Virus record (IMG/VR): IMGVR_UViG_3300025652_000061
Span: 878-64,877 of that record
Direction: 5' to 3' (one strand)
Source: a virus
Taxonomy: Duplodnaviria; Caudoviricetes
Length of the DNA: 64,000 bases
The position numbers were made by a program, and so were the translations under genes. Under the pieces are notes generated by a model. It ran no database searches, was not told where the DNA came from, and saw only the letters and a list, made by a program, of their open reading frames with translations. Of the stretch, positions 63,242 through 64,000 are shown piece after piece (within the stretch, counting starts at the first letter, position 1; every line of letters starts with the position of its first letter).

Positions 63242-63528
63242 TTGTTGAGGACGATTTTTGCCGCTTCGAGCAAGGGTGAATCAGAGACGAGTTGGCCAAT
63301 GTGAAAGCACATCTCGTGACTGCTCGTCAACGAGCAGTTGTCATTGTCTACCCTACGAACACGGATGTGGGTAGAGTCCAACCTGTGGTAGCGCGATACC
63401 TCTTGGCGGCTAATCACAGGTGAGGCATGACCCTGCAATGGGCCGTACTCGGTGACCAATACTGCGGTCAAGTCAGTATGCCCGGAAGAGGTCGGGGCAA
63501 GGAGGGCGGTGGGCTGTATCTCAAACAT
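63238..63528 (-). CDS. Early hypothetical protein
   Basis: ATG 3 nt after the promoter box. Confidence 0.6.
   Translation of the reverse strand: MFEIQPTALLAPTSSGHTDLTAVLVTEYGPLQGHASPVISRQEVSRYHRLDSTHIRVRRVDNDNCSLTSSHEMCFHIGQLVSDSPLLEAAKIVLNK
63322..63335 (+). repeat. Dispersed palindrome, copy 12
   Basis: Exact match; symmetry extends to ACTGCTCGTCAACGAGCAGT. Confidence 0.95.
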
Positions 63529-63531
63529 AGT

Positions 63532-63562
63532 GCAATGTACGAATAATGTTTTATCTGTGCAA
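63532..63562 (-). promoter_or_regulatory. Early promoter TTG-N20-TACATTGC
   Basis: Intergenic; repeated motif. Confidence 0.75.
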
Positions 63563-63579
63563 GTGAATTAGCATTTAAT

Positions 63580-63831
63580 TTAAAGGTGCATATTACTGAT
63601 GATGAACCGAACGCCGCTCGGGATGCGGGACACAGGTTCAATGAGGTGGACAATGCCGCCGCCCTCGACGTCGATGACGGAGTCAGTCTCGAAGGCAACG
63701 CAAACCGCATTTTCCAAGTCGTTGAGGTGAATGCCTGTGGTCAACGAAAGCATGGCCATGCGGGCCGTCGTTGTCTCAGGGTCGTGTGCGCTGAAGCTGA
63801 CGACCAAGTGGTTCCAATTTATTTTGCTCAT
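63580..63831 (-). CDS. Early hypothetical protein
   Basis: 83 aa; ATG start. Confidence 0.6.
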   Translation of the reverse strand: MSKINWNHLVVSFSAHDPETTTARMAMLSLTTGIHLNDLENAVCVAFETDSVIDVEGGGIVHLIEPVSRIPSGVRFIISNMHL

Positions 63832-63887
63832 ATCGAATGTCTTCTACCCCCAAGACCCCCCTGCGGTGAGCAGGGAGGCGAGGGGCC

Positions 63888-63901
63888 GCTCGTCAACGAG
63901 C
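63888..63901 (+). repeat. Dispersed palindrome, copy 13
   Basis: Exact match, intergenic. Confidence 0.95.
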
Positions 63902-64000
63902 AGTTCAGAACGTGATGGAGTGCATCAACTCCGTGTCCGATATCACGCCCGCCTCCTGTAGGAAGGCCATGGTGTTGTTCAACGGGATGCCCACTCCCAA

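Noticed and set aside
63905-64000. Window end joins position 1 in frame (the 1-477 gene would continue as LGVGIPLNN...)
   Set aside because: A frame match has roughly a 1-in-3 chance and the window length is arbitrary; no terminal overlap is visible

Overview
The window is most of a tailed dsDNA phage genome, probably a podovirus-like phage of Bacteroidota (TTG-N20-TAnnTTTG-like promoters, BspA/DUF285 domains, a BT4734-type primase, a crAss-like/Cellulophaga-phage-like structural module). The + strand from 1.2 to 51.5 kb carries groEL/groES, a cluster of small basic proteins, head spike/fibre genes, lysis genes, terminase, portal, scaffold, capsid, tail and internal-virion genes, ending in a 4309-aa polyvalent protein. 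The - strand from 51.5 to 64 kb and 1-477 carries early and replication genes (helicase, primase-helicase, RecE/Sak, ParB-like, two DnaA-CTD-like proteins). Main unexplained signals: (1) 13 exact copies of an interrupted palindrome YGCTCGTCAACGAGCR embedded in several reading frames; (2) out-of-frame small genes nested inside the giant gene; (3) RSSQQ / CGCTCCTCGCAGCAG junctions separating the enzyme modules of the giant protein; (4) a duplicated origin-like element; (5) apparently leaderless promoters; (6) apparent GATC and CCWGG avoidance. Product calls come from recognising motifs by eye, not from database searches.
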